Of a DNA stretch of 64,000 nucleotides, positions 1 to 8,508 are shown piece after piece. Every line of letters starts with the position of its first letter. The first letter of the stretch is position 1. Source of the DNA: an uncultured Alphaproteobacteria bacterium (GTDB lineage: Bacteria; Pseudomonadota; Alphaproteobacteria; ATCC43930; CGMCC-115725); the NCBI GenBank assembly GCA_963716115.1, contig CAVQSZ010000021.1, positions 36,779 through 100,778 of the forward strand, written 5' to 3'. Position numbers and translations under genes: made by a program. The notes under the pieces are model-generated. The model searched no databases, had not been told where the DNA came from, and saw only the letters and a program-made list of their open reading frames with translations.

Positions 1-2
1 AG

Positions 3-290
3 GTGGTGCCCGGGCCGGCGGTCGCGAGCGACGCCGAGCTGACCGAGGAGATCCGCGTGCGCGGCGTCTCCAATCTGCACCCGGTCGGCACCTGCCGGAT
101 GGGCCGCGAGATCGACGCGGTGGTCGACCCGCGGCTGCGGGTCCACGGCGTCGAGCGGCTGCGCGTCGCCGACGCCTCGATCATGCCGCAGGTGCCCGGC
201 GGCAACACCAACGCGCCCTCGATCATGATCGGCGAGAAATGCGCCGCCATGGTGCTGGAAGACGCCCGGGCGGCTGAGCGCAAATTTCGA
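3..290 (+). CDS. GMC-family (choline dehydrogenase-like) oxidoreductase, C-terminal fragment entering from the left edge
   Basis: Translation HPVGTCRMG...[39 protein letters not shown] matches the conserved GMC C-terminal region. No in-frame stop occurs before nudC, so the 3' end is approximate. Confidence 0.75.
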
Positions 291-313
291 TCAGCCAAGT
301 TCGCGGCTTTGAC

Positions 314-388
314 GAGATTGCTTCGCTTCGCTGGCAATGACGACAGCTATCTTCGTCATTGCGAGGAGCGCGGCGACGAAGCAATCTC
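314..388. repeat. REP-like imperfect palindrome (gagattgcttcg..gcaatgacga / tcgtcattgcgagg..cgaagcaatctc)
   Basis: The inverted arms are visible directly. A related copy lies at 57237-57366 (shared gtcattgcgaggagcgc..gcgacgaagcaatctcga). Confidence 0.7.
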
Positions 389-440
389 GATCCGTTTTGC
401 CGCGGTCGGCCGCGGCGGCAATCAAAGGCGGTGCTGCACC

Positions 441-1367
441 ATGGAAGAAATCTACTGCTTTGCCGGCAACCCGCTCGACCGCGTCAGCCAGCGCCGCCAG
501 GATTCGGGCTGGATCGCGTCCCTGCTCGACGACCCCGCGACCCGGCTCTTGCCGCTGCACGAGCTGAAGCCGCTGGTCCGCAACGGTTCGGAAACGGACA
601 TCGCCTGGCAGAGTGTCGCGCCGTGGCGGGCGCTGATCGAGGACGGCGCCACCTTGATCCTGCTCGGCCTGGCCGACGGCCGCGCCCATTTCGCGCTCGA
701 CGCCGGGGCCGCGGCGGCGCTCCCCGAGGGCGAGGCGGCGGCGGTCGACGTGCGCACCCTGGCGGCGTCGATCCCCGGCGGCGAGGCGGCGATCCTCGCC
801 GAGGCGCGCTCGCTGATCGACTGGCACGCCCGGCACGGGTTTTGCGCGCGCTGCGGGACGAAGAGCGTCGTCGCCTCGGGCGGATGGGTGCGCAAATGCC
901 CCGATTGCCGGGCGCAGCACTACCCGCGGGTCGACCCGGTGGTGATCATGCTCGCGACGAGGGGCGAGCGTTGCCTCTTGGGCCGCGGCCTGCGGCGCCC
1001 CGGCGCGAGGTTTTCCTGCCTCGCCGGCTTTATGGAGCCGGGCGAGACCCTGGAGGAGGCGGTCCGCCGCGAGGTCGCCGAGGAATCCGGGATTCGCGTC
1101 GGGAACGTGCGTTATCTCGGCTCGCAGCCCTGGCCCTTCCCGTCGACCCTGATGATCGGCTGCCTCGGCGAGGCGCTGAGCGAGGAGATCACGATCGACC
1201 CCGAGGAATTGGCCGAGGTCCGCTGGTTCGAGCGCGAGGAGGTCCGCGCGATGGTCGCGCGCTCGCGCTCCGACGAGCCGGCGCCGGGGCTCACCACCCT
1301 GCCGCCGCCGCTGGCGATCGGCCACCAGATCGCCCGGCGCTGGGCGATGGGCGTCGACAGCGTCTGA
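441..1367 (+). CDS. nudC: NAD(+) diphosphatase (NADH pyrophosphatase), Nudix hydrolase with zinc ribbon
   Basis: Zinc ribbon CARCG..x..CPDC followed by the Nudix box [26 protein letters not shown] at 441. Confidence 0.85.
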   Translation: MEEIYCFAGNPLDRVSQRRQDSGWIASLLDDPATRLLPLHELKPLVRNGSETDIAWQSVAPWRALIEDGATLILLGLADGRAHFALDAGAAAALPEGEAAAVDVRTLAASIPGGEAAILAEARSLIDWHARHGFCARCGTKSVVASGGWVRKCPDCRAQHYPRVDPVVIMLATRGERCLLGRGLRRPGARFSCLAGFMEPGETLEEAVRREVAEESGIRVGNVRYLGSQPWPFPSTLMIGCLGEALSEEITIDPEELAEVRWFEREEVRAMVARSRSDEPAPGLTTLPPPLAIGHQIARRWAMGVDSV

Positions 1368-1445
1368 GCTTCGATCGAGAGGCGGCCCGCCGGCGGACCC
1401 GATGCTGTCATTTCCGGGGCGCGGGCATCGCCCGCGGGCCTCCAG

Positions 1446-1692
1446 CCCACGGACTTGATCCGTGAGCATCCACGCCTACCGGCGCCCGAAGCAAAGACGT
1501 GGATGCGCGGATCAAGTCCGCGCAAGACAATGTTAGATTGTCTACTGACGAAGAACAACATTCCTGGATTGAAGACACGATTTTCCCCGGACAGCCCTGC
1601 GCGCAAGCGGGAACCCCGGGATTTCAGTCGCTTGCCCCTGTTCAGGCCAGGGGCAGGCCCTGGACCCCCGCTTTCGCGGGGGCGACGAAACG
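1446..1692 (+). repeat. Composite dispersed intergenic repeat, copy 1 (hairpin cgtggatg..atcaag..caagac, block attttccccggacagccctgcgcg, block ccccgctttcgcggggg)
   Basis: The three conserved blocks recur in the same order but inverted at 16567-16748. The internal segment is variable. Confidence 0.7.
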
Positions 1693-1786
1693 AGTAGGCT
1701 GGCGGGGAGCTGCGTTGGGGGATGCCGCACCAGCAGCCTGTCGGATTCATCGTGATCAGGGACATCCCGGCGCCGACAGAGGGTCG

Positions 1787-1818
1787 TCTCCCTCGCCCCG
1801 CGTGCGGGGAGAGGGAGA
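1787..1818. repeat. GC-rich REP hairpin (tctccctcgccccgcgtgcggggagagggaga)
   Basis: Near-perfect palindrome. A second copy (ctccctcgccccgcttgcggggagaggg) lies at 62404-62431. Confidence 0.7.
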
Positions 1819-1873
1819 CAGCCGGTGTCGTTATCCCGTTTTCGCAACCCGATAGGAAATTGCTCCAGCCGGG

Positions 1874-2071
1874 TCAGCCGACCAGCAGCGACACCGGGAT
1901 CATCACCGCGGCGGCCTTGAGCGGCCAGGTCCAGCCGCCGACATAGACCAATCCCAGCAGCGCCAATGTGCAGGCGATCAGCACGGCGTGGCGGGGGGAG
2001 ACATCGATCCTTCGGCGCATGCCGCACCCTAGCACGACCGCGCCGACGAATAGCGCGGCAATCGCCCTCAC
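1874..2071 (-). CDS. Small hydrophobic membrane protein (65 aa), hypothetical
   Basis: GTG start 13 nt downstream of the creatininase-family gene stop. It has two to three hydrophobic segments (AIAALFVGAVVLG, AVLIACTLALLGLVYVGGW, AAAVMIPVSLLVG). No clear RBS. Confidence 0.35.
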   Translation of the reverse strand: MRAIAALFVGAVVLGCGMRRRIDVSPRHAVLIACTLALLGLVYVGGWTWPLKAAAVMIPVSLLVG

Positions 2072-2084
2072 AGGTTGTCGCAGC

Positions 2085-2828
2085 CTACCCGGCCATCCAG
2101 CCCGAATAATCCCTGGCGAGCGCGGCGACCGCGGCCTCGTAGAGCCGCCGGCCCGCCTCGGGGGTGGCCAGCGCCGGGTTCGAGCCGATGCGGCCGTCGG
2201 GGAATTTGCGGCGATAGTCGGCGGCGTCGGCGAAGTCGCCGCGCGGCGCCACCGGCGGGTCGAGCGCCGCCGATTTGATCGCGTCGGGGTAGGCGAACTG
2301 CGTCACCGACACCTCGCTCGGAGTGGCGTGGCTGCCCTCTGCGTCGCCGAACAGCTCCCTGGCCAATTGCGAAACCTCGCGGGGCTGCCACCAGCTGCGC
2401 AGCCGGCACCGGATCGCCGGCGGGTCGGCGCTCGAGAGGCTGCCGGCGGCGTAGATTTCCGAGAAGGCCGCGGTCACGGTGGCGATGTTGCCGCCATGCC
2501 CGTTGACAAAATAGAACCGCTCGAAGCCGTGCCGCGCCAGCGATTGGACGATATCGCGCAGCACCGCGATCAGGGTGCTCGGGCGCAAGGTGATCGAGCC
2601 CGAAAAGCCCATGTGGTGCTGCGCCATGCCGACCGCGATGGTCGGCGCGACCAGCGCGCCTGTGGCCTCGCCGACACCCTTCGCGATCGTCTCGGCGCAG
2701 ATCGAATCGGTGCCGATCAGCCCGGTCGGCCCGTGCTGCTCGGTCGAGCCGATCGGCAGGATGACGCCGCGGCTCCGGGTCAAATAGGCCTCGACCTCCT
2801 GCCAGGTCTGCAGCTGCAGCTGCATCAT
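2085..2828 (-). CDS. Creatininase-family metal-dependent amidohydrolase
   Basis: MMQLQLQTWQEVEAYL..VILPIGSTEQHGP..FVNGHGGN is the family signature. ATG at 2828 is preceded by ggaaaggagc. The longer track ORF to 2990 is a GC-rich extension. Confidence 0.8.
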   Translation of the reverse strand: MMQLQLQTWQEVEAYLTRSRGVILPIGSTEQHGPTGLIGTDSICAETIAKGVGEATGALVAPTIAVGMAQHHMGFSGSITLRPSTLIAVLRDIVQSLARHGFERFYFVNGHGGNIATVTAAFSEIYAAGSLSSADPPAIRCRLRSWWQPREVSQLARELFGDAEGSHATPSEVSVTQFAYPDAIKSAALDPPVAPRGDFADAADYRRKFPDGRIGSNPALATPEAGRRLYEAAVAALARDYSGWMAG

Positions 2829-2886
2829 GTGCTCCTTTCCTAACCCTGCCGCGTCGCCGTCGCCATCACCGCCGTCGCCGTCCGGC

Positions 2887-3873
2887 TCAGCGCTCGAGGC
2901 CGCCCACCGCTCCGGCGTGGAAGCGGGCGATGTCCTCGGGGCCGAGAAAGTTGATGTCGCCCGGGGTGGCGAGCCCGATCGCCGCGGCAAAGGCGCCGAG
3001 CCGGATCGCGAGGTCGAGATCGCCGTCCAGGAGGCCGTGGATCAGCCCGCCGACGAACGAGTCGCCGGCGCCGATGCGGTCGACGACCTCGACGGCATAG
3101 CGCGGCGCGTAGCGGACCCCGCCGTCGGCCAGCAGCAGGCTGCCGGGCTCGGCTTCGGGCGGGCGGGTCAGCGCGACCCGCGGCACGCGATAGCGGGCGG
3201 CGATCGCCGCGGCCAGCGCCTCGCCTTCCTCGGCAAACCCCAGCACGTTCCGGGCGTCGCGCTCGGCCAGCGCCAAAAGGTTCAGATGCGGCGCCACCGC
3301 GTCCAGGACGGCGCGGGCTTCCGCCGGCGCGGTCAGGGTCGAGCGGTAGTTCAAATCGTAGGACACGGGCTTCCCGGCGGCCGCCGCCAGCGCCGCCAGA
3401 TGCAGCACCAGCGCCCGGCAGCTCGGCCCCAGCGCCGGGGTGATGCCCGAGAGATGCACCCAGGCGCTGGCCTGCACCAGCATGTCCCACGGCGCGTCCT
3501 CGAAGCCGAGCTCCGAGGCGGCCGAATGCTTGCGGTCGTAGAGCACGCGGCTGGTGCGCGGCTCGGGCCCCGGCTCGTAGAACATCAGCCCGAGCCGCGC
3601 CTCGGGGATCCAGCGCACCCAGCTCGTATCGACGCCGTGGCGGCGCGCCTCGCCCTCGACCATGCGGCCGAGCGGCCCTTCCGGCAGCCGCGACACCCAG
3701 GCGACGCGCCGCCCGAGCCGCGCCAAGAGGCAGCCGACATTCAATTCGCTGCCGCCGATCCCGATCTCGAATTGCCGCGCCTGGTCGAGCCGCTGCGCGC
3801 CGGGCGGCGACAGCCGCATCAACGTCTCGCCGAGCGTCAGCAGGTCATAGCGCCGCTCGGCGGCGGCGTTCAT
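2887..3873 (-). CDS. PfkB-family carbohydrate kinase (2-dehydro-3-deoxygluconokinase-like)
   Basis: N-terminal LLTLGETLMRL..GGSELNV and C-terminal DRIGAGDSFVGGL motifs. Its ATG overlaps the upstream SDR stop (ATGA at 3870-3873). Confidence 0.8.
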   Translation of the reverse strand: MNAAAERRYDLLTLGETLMRLSPPGAQRLDQARQFEIGIGGSELNVGCLLARLGRRVAWVSRLPEGPLGRMVEGEARRHGVDTSWVRWIPEARLGLMFYEPGPEPRTSRVLYDRKHSAASELGFEDAPWDMLVQASAWVHLSGITPALGPSCRALVLHLAALAAAAGKPVSYDLNYRSTLTAPAEARAVLDAVAPHLNLLALAERDARNVLGFAEEGEALAAAIAARYRVPRVALTRPPEAEPGSLLLADGGVRYAPRYAVEVVDRIGAGDSFVGGLIHGLLDGDLDLAIRLGAFAAAIGLATPGDINFLGPEDIARFHAGAVGGLER

Positions 3874-4637
3874 CCGCGCGGGCCGCCGGCGACATAGATC
3901 ACCTGGCCCGAGACGAAGGAGGCGTCCTCGCTGGCGAGAAAGGCGATGACGTTGGCGACGTCGCGCGGCACCCCGACCCGGCCGACCGGGATCGCCTTGG
4001 CGCGATCGGCCTTGTACTGCTCGGGGTCCTGGCCGAGCCTGATCGCCACCGCGCGGGTCATGTCGCTGTCGATAAAGCCCGGCGCCACCGCGTTGACGGT
4101 GATCCCGAAGCGGCCGAGCTCGATCGCCAAGGTCCGCGCCATGCCCTGCAGGCCGGCTTTCGCCGTCGAGTAGTTGGTCTGCCCGCGGTTGCCCAGCGCC
4201 GAGGCCGAGGACAGGTTGACGATCCGGCCCCAATTGCGCTTGACCATCTCGCGCTGGGCGGCGCGCGAGCACAGAAAGGCGCCCTTCATGTGGACGAGGG
4301 CGACGGCGTCCCAATCCGCCTCGGTCATTTTGTGAATGAGGTTGTCGCGGGTGATGCCGGCGTTGTTGACGAGGATGTCGAGCGAGCCCAGCCGCCGGGC
4401 GATCTCGGCGACCAGCCCGTCGACCTCGGCGGCGACCCCGACATCGGCCTTCAGGCCGAGCGTCGCAACCCCGTGCCGGCTGGCGATCCGCGCCGCCTCG
4501 GCCTCGGCCCCGGCCCCATCGAGATCGCAGATCGCGATCGCGGCGCCATCCTCGGCGAGCCGGTCGGCGGTCGCCGCGCCGATGCCCTTGGCGCCTCCGG
4601 TGATCAGCGCCACCCGTCCGGCGGAGCGTTGCGTCAT
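3870..4637 (-). CDS. SDR-family oxidoreductase (FabG-like)
   Basis: TGGAKGIG Rossmann motif, NNAG, and YSTAK catalytic Tyr-x3-Lys. ATG at 4637 follows a ggagg RBS. Confidence 0.85.
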   Translation of the reverse strand: MTQRSAGRVALITGGAKGIGAATADRLAEDGAAIAICDLDGAGAEAEAARIASRHGVATLGLKADVGVAAEVDGLVAEIARRLGSLDILVNNAGITRDNLIHKMTEADWDAVALVHMKGAFLCSRAAQREMVKRNWGRIVNLSSASALGNRGQTNYSTAKAGLQGMARTLAIELGRFGITVNAVAPGFIDSDMTRAVAIRLGQDPEQYKADRAKAIPVGRVGVPRDVANVIAFLASEDASFVSGQVIYVAGGPRG

Positions 4638-4757
4638 GGCCTCGGCCTCCTGATGCTGCAGCGTCAGCCTGTCGCAGGAAGAGATGAGGCGCAACCTCGA
4701 TCTATCGCCGGCGCGCCGGGGGCTCGGCGGCGCCGATCGAGGCGCGCTGCGGCCGGG

Positions 4758-5213
4758 TCACAGCGGCGCCGCGAGCAAGGTCGGGACGGCGAAGGTGTCG
4801 AGCAGGACCAGCTTGTCGCGGATCTTCAGGCCCGCGCCGGTGGGCTCGAGCCGGTCGCGGTAGAGGCCGGTCGCGAACAGCCGCGTCTCGCCCTCCTGGT
4901 CGGTCTGGCAGACGGCGAACGGGGCCTCGACCGTCAGCCCGTCGAGGATGCGCGGCAGGCCGATCAGGTGACGGTCGGTGTGGATGTTGTATTTGTTGGC
5001 CTCGCGCAACGCCATGATGCGGTCTTCGAGCATCGCGCGGCTGTCGCAGAAAATCAGCGCCGCCGGCAGGCCGCGCTCCCAATTCTCCCGCGGCATGACT
5101 TGGTAGCGGCATTCGGCGGCGAAGAGGCCCAGCCACTCGTCGTATTTCGCCGCGTCGAGGAGCGCGCCGTATTCGGCGAGGAGGTCGTGGACGGCGAAGC
5201 GGTCCAGTGTCAC
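4758..5213 (-). CDS. Ring-hydroxylating oxygenase small (beta) subunit
   Basis: About 150 aa SnoaL-like beta-subunit pattern (LLDAAKYDEWLGLFAAECRYQV..NKYNIHTDRHL). The GTG start overlaps the alpha-subunit stop (GTGA at 5210-5213). Confidence 0.75.
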   Translation of the reverse strand: MTLDRFAVHDLLAEYGALLDAAKYDEWLGLFAAECRYQVMPRENWERGLPAALIFCDSRAMLEDRIMALREANKYNIHTDRHLIGLPRILDGLTVEAPFAVCQTDQEGETRLFATGLYRDRLEPTGAGLKIRDKLVLLDTFAVPTLLAAPL

Positions 5214-6463
5214 CGCACCGCACCCGCCGGCTCGATCCCCAAGAGCTCGGCCCAATACGACCAGAACCCGCGCAACGGCACGTCGGTGACGCGGTAATCG
5301 CGGTCGGAGATGACCCCGCCGCCGCCCAGCTCGATGACCGTCGCGCCGTCGGGGTCGGGCTTCGAGGCGCGGTGGGCGATCTCGATCGCCTCGCCGTCCT
5401 CCATCGAGACGAGGCCGGCCGGGCCGACGAGGTTGGCCTGACGCAGCCGGTGCAGGGTCATTTCCGGGGTGTCGTCGACGTAGCCGAGCATGGTCTGATG
5501 GATTTCGACCTCGTCGACGCCGCGCGGCCGGATCTGGCGCACCGCCAGGCTGTTCGAGATCTGCACGAAGACGGCCGAGGGAAAGACCGAGGTGATCGCG
5601 ATGTTGAGCCGGTCGCCGTGCTCGGGGTGGAAGGCGACCAGCGCCGGCTCCTTCAAGGTCAGGTAGTCGTTGCGCACCCCGGCGCCGGCATAGGCCTGAT
5701 GGGCGAAATCGTCGGTGTCGCTGCCGGCCTCGGCCCAGGTGATGTTGTGGCGGTGGCGGGCGTCCATCCGGACCCCGCCCTTCTGCGTCGAGCGGTCGAG
5801 CCCAAAGGTCACGAGAAACTCGTGCAGCAGGCTCGCATGGTAGTTGTCGCGGGTGTTCTCGGCGTAGAGCTTCCAGTTGCCGCGGATGCGCTGGCGGTTG
5901 TAGCCGAGCACCCGGACCGGCCGGTCGAGGAGGCGCCGCAGCTGCGCCAGCACCGGCGCGCCGAGATAATCCTCGAGCGGCTCGGCGTCCTCGGCCAAGG
6001 TGCCGAACAGCGCGCCGGCGACATTGCCGACGCGCAGCCGGCGCAGGCCGTGCGCGCCCATGTCGAAGCCCGGGTCGAGCCCGCCCTGGCCGCGGACGCC
6101 GCGGCGGAACGGGATCGCCTTCAGGCCGCCGTCGAGCCCATAGCACCATTGGTGGTAGATGCAGATGTGCTCGCTTGTGTTGCCGCTGAGCTCGCGCCGC
6201 ACCAGGGCGCCGCGATGGGCGCAGCGGTTGACGAAGGCCCTGACCGCGCCCGCCGCGTCGCGGTTGACGACGACCGGGGTCTCGCCGACCCAGGCGGCGC
6301 GAAAGTCGCCGGGATTCGGGATCTCGGCGTCGAGGCCGAGATAGCTCCACACCGGCCCGCCGAAGACCCGCTCCTGCTCCCGCCGATAAACCTCGGCGTC
6401 GTGATAAAGGCGGTAGGGCACTCGGCTGTAATCGAGCGCCGGCCAGATCGCGGCGGTCACCAT
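5210..6463 (-). CDS. Rieske [2Fe-2S] ring-hydroxylating oxygenase large (alpha) subunit
   Basis: Rieske motif CAHRG..x17..CIYHQW and mononuclear iron motif ENTRDNYHASLLH. ATG at 6463. Confidence 0.85.
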   Translation of the reverse strand: MVTAAIWPALDYSRVPYRLYHDAEVYRREQERVFGGPVWSYLGLDAEIPNPGDFRAAWVGETPVVVNRDAAGAVRAFVNRCAHRGALVRRELSGNTSEHICIYHQWCYGLDGGLKAIPFRRGVRGQGGLDPGFDMGAHGLRRLRVGNVAGALFGTLAEDAEPLEDYLGAPVLAQLRRLLDRPVRVLGYNRQRIRGNWKLYAENTRDNYHASLLHEFLVTFGLDRSTQKGGVRMDARHRHNITWAEAGSDTDDFAHQAYAGAGVRNDYLTLKEPALVAFHPEHGDRLNIAITSVFPSAVFVQISNSLAVRQIRPRGVDEVEIHQTMLGYVDDTPEMTLHRLRQANLVGPAGLVSMEDGEAIEIAHRASKPDPDGATVIELGGGGVISDRDYRVTDVPLRGFWSYWAELLGIEPAGAVR

Positions 6464-6557
6464 CCTCGGCCTCGTCCGGAAGACTGAAGGGTCGGCGGCG
6501 GCGATGCTAAGCCGGCAGCGGCCGCGCGACAACCTCGCCGCCCCGGCCGGAGGGCGC

Positions 6558-6632
6558 TGGTGCCGGGTGAGGGATTCGAACCCCCGACCTTCGGTTTACA
6601 AAACCGCTGCACTGCCACTGTGCTAACCCGGC
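6558..6632 (-). tRNA. tRNA-Thr (anticodon UGU)
   Basis: The reverse complement GCCGGGTTAGCACAGTGGCAGTGCAGCGGTTTTGTAAACCGAAGGTCGGGGGTTCGAATCCCTCACCCGGCACCA folds as a cloverleaf: 7-bp acceptor stem, GTTCGAATC T-loop, anticodon loop TTTGTAA, encoded CCA. Confidence 0.9.
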
Positions 6633-7024
6633 ATCTGCCGGCGGCGGCGGCCTCCGGCTCGACTTGCAGCATTCCCCGGCGTCGCGGCGAGCGTTCGACG
6701 CAGTCCTGAAACGTTTCGCAGCGGTTGATTTACCACATTTCCGATGCGCTTTAAAGAGATTGTTGGCCGGGAGGCGGATTCGGCCGCCGCAGGCGAAGAC
6801 ATCCCGACCCCCAAGGCCAACCGATGTTGGGGTCGATCCACGGTAATTCTACTTCAGGTAAAATCTTCTCCAAAATTGACGAGAATTTGACGACGTTATG
6901 TTTCATGCCCCGTTTTTGCCACAACCAACTTTCCGATTTATGACGGATTTGGGTCGAAAGTTGGACGGATTATGGTTAATTCTGAACCGCCAACGCCGGA
7001 ACGGTTTACGGAGGCGAGAGATTT

Positions 7025-7204
7025 GTGGTTTGGAAGCTAGAAACCCCGCGCGCGCGCCGGGCATGGCCGGACCCGCAGCCCGCCCGGGAAGCCGAATACC
7101 AGCTGCCCTCGGCGGCGGCGCTGGTCGCGATCGTGCTCTCGTCGGCGGCCCTTTGGACCGCCATCTGGTGGCTGGTCTCGTCCCTGGCCGGGGCCGTTGA
7201 CTAG
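7025..7204 (+). CDS. Possible 59-aa membrane peptide (below the ORF-track size cutoff)
   Basis: GTG is 10 nt after ggagg. The C-terminal half, LPSAAALVAIVLSSAALWTAIWWLVSSLAGAVD, is a clean TM helix. The overlapping listed ORF 6898-7200 is Arg/Gly-rich and looks non-coding. Confidence 0.3.
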   Translation: MVWKLETPRARRAWPDPQPAREAEYQLPSAAALVAIVLSSAALWTAIWWLVSSLAGAVD

Positions 7205-7474
7205 CCGGGCGAACAGCCGGGCCGGCTAGCGGGGCCGGCTGCGGGGCGCGGGCCCGGCCCGCTCTGCGGCGACCGGCTCGACGCCGCCGCTTCCGCACCG
7301 GCCGCGGCGGCGGTATCCTGCCGGCGGGGCCGCCCGGATCGCCCGGCCGCCCAAGGCGGGGGCCGACGATGAGCTGCTTTCCAGGGATGCGGCCGGGAAA
7401 CCGCGACGCCGCGCGCCAAGGCGGATCGCGCCGGCGCCGATGACGGCCCGCGGCGGGATATCCCGGGCAACGTA

Positions 7475-8299
7475 ATGGGGGCGCCGCCCGGCGAGCTTGC
7501 CTGGCTGGCGGTCGCGGTGATCGGCGCCGGGGTGGTGACCGGGCTCCTCGCCGGCCTCTTCGGGATCGGCGGCGGCGCGGTCATCGTCCCGGTGCTCTAC
7601 GAGGTGTTCCGCCTCCTCGGCGTCCCCGAGGCGGTGCGCATGCAGCTCTCGATCGGCACCTCGCTCGCCATCATCCTGCCGACCGCGCTGCGCTCCTACC
7701 GCGCGCACCGCGAGAAGGGGCTGGTGATCCCGGAGGCGCTGCGGGCCTGGGCGCTGCCCTCCGTCCTCGGCGTCGCCGCGGGCTCGGTCGCCGCGGCCTT
7801 CGCCCCCGCGGGCTTCTTCAAGGCGGCGTTTGTCGTGATCGCCGGGGTCATCGCCGCCAAGCTGCTGATCGGCTCCGACAGCTGGACATTGGGCCGCGAG
7901 CTGCCCGGCCGCCCGGCGATGGCCGGGATCGGCTTTGCGATCGGGCTCGGCTCGTCGCTGATGGGGATCAGCGGCGGCTCGCTCGCCACGATGGCGCTGA
8001 CCCTCTACGGCAAGCCGATCCACAACGCGGTGGCGACCTCGGCCGGGATCGGCGTGCCGATCACCATCGCCGGCGCGATCGGCTACCTCTTGGCCGGGCT
8101 GCCGCATCAGAGCCTGCTGCCGCCGCTGTCGCTGGGCTTCGTCTCGGTGATCGGCGTCGTCATGATCGCGCCGGTCTCGAGCTGGGTCGCGCCCTACGGC
8201 GCGCGCCTCGCCCACGCCCTGCCCAAGCGCCGGCTCGAGATCGGGTTCGGCCTCTTTCTGCTGATCGTCTCGCTGCGCTTTCTGGTCAGCCTCGCCTGA
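7475..8299 (+). CDS. TauE/SafE (TSUP, DUF81) family anion exporter
   Basis: Polytopic membrane protein with GLLAGLFGIGGGAVIVPVL repeated in the second half (GLGSSLMGISGGSL). Confidence 0.8.
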   Translation: MGAPPGELAWLAVAVIGAGVVTGLLAGLFGIGGGAVIVPVLYEVFRLLGVPEAVRMQLSIGTSLAIILPTALRSYRAHREKGLVIPEALRAWALPSVLGVAAGSVAAAFAPAGFFKAAFVVIAGVIAAKLLIGSDSWTLGRELPGRPAMAGIGFAIGLGSSLMGISGGSLATMALTLYGKPIHNAVATSAGIGVPITIAGAIGYLLAGLPHQSLLPPLSLGFVSVIGVVMIAPVSSWVAPYGARLAHALPKRRLEIGFGLFLLIVSLRFLVSLA

Positions 8300-8508
8300 A
8301 TTGCCGAGGTCTCCGTCAACGGGCTGTTCGTCGCCCCCGTCAAGGAGCGTGCGAATTTATCCCGCCGTCAGCTGCTTGGCCCGCTCCCCCGGCATCCCGG
8401 CTTTCGCCGGGACAGCGATGGAGGAAACCCGTCAGTTTCCATCTCGCCGTGTTCTTCTGATCTTGGATACGACTGTAGATCCTCCTGCCTGGCCCTGTAT
8501 CGCCGCCC

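Noticed and set aside
3-1367. A genuine bifunctional GMC-oxidoreductase/NudC fusion protein
   Set aside because: The linker is simply the translation of a REP palindrome that recurs at 57237-57366. NudC has its own ATG. Lost stop or read-through is the simpler explanation (kept as a low-interest finding).
6898-7200. Listed 100-aa ORF as a real gene
   Set aside because: The second half is Arg/Gly/Ala-rich (..GGGAGRDRALVGGPLDRHLVAGLVPGRGR), with no RBS and no motifs. The overlapping 59-codon frame with a TM helix is more gene-like.
6558-7474. Genomic island or prophage integrated at tRNA-Thr
   Set aside because: There is no integrase, no duplicated tRNA 3' end and no phage-like genes. Only a short AT-rich patch precedes ordinary membrane-protein genes.
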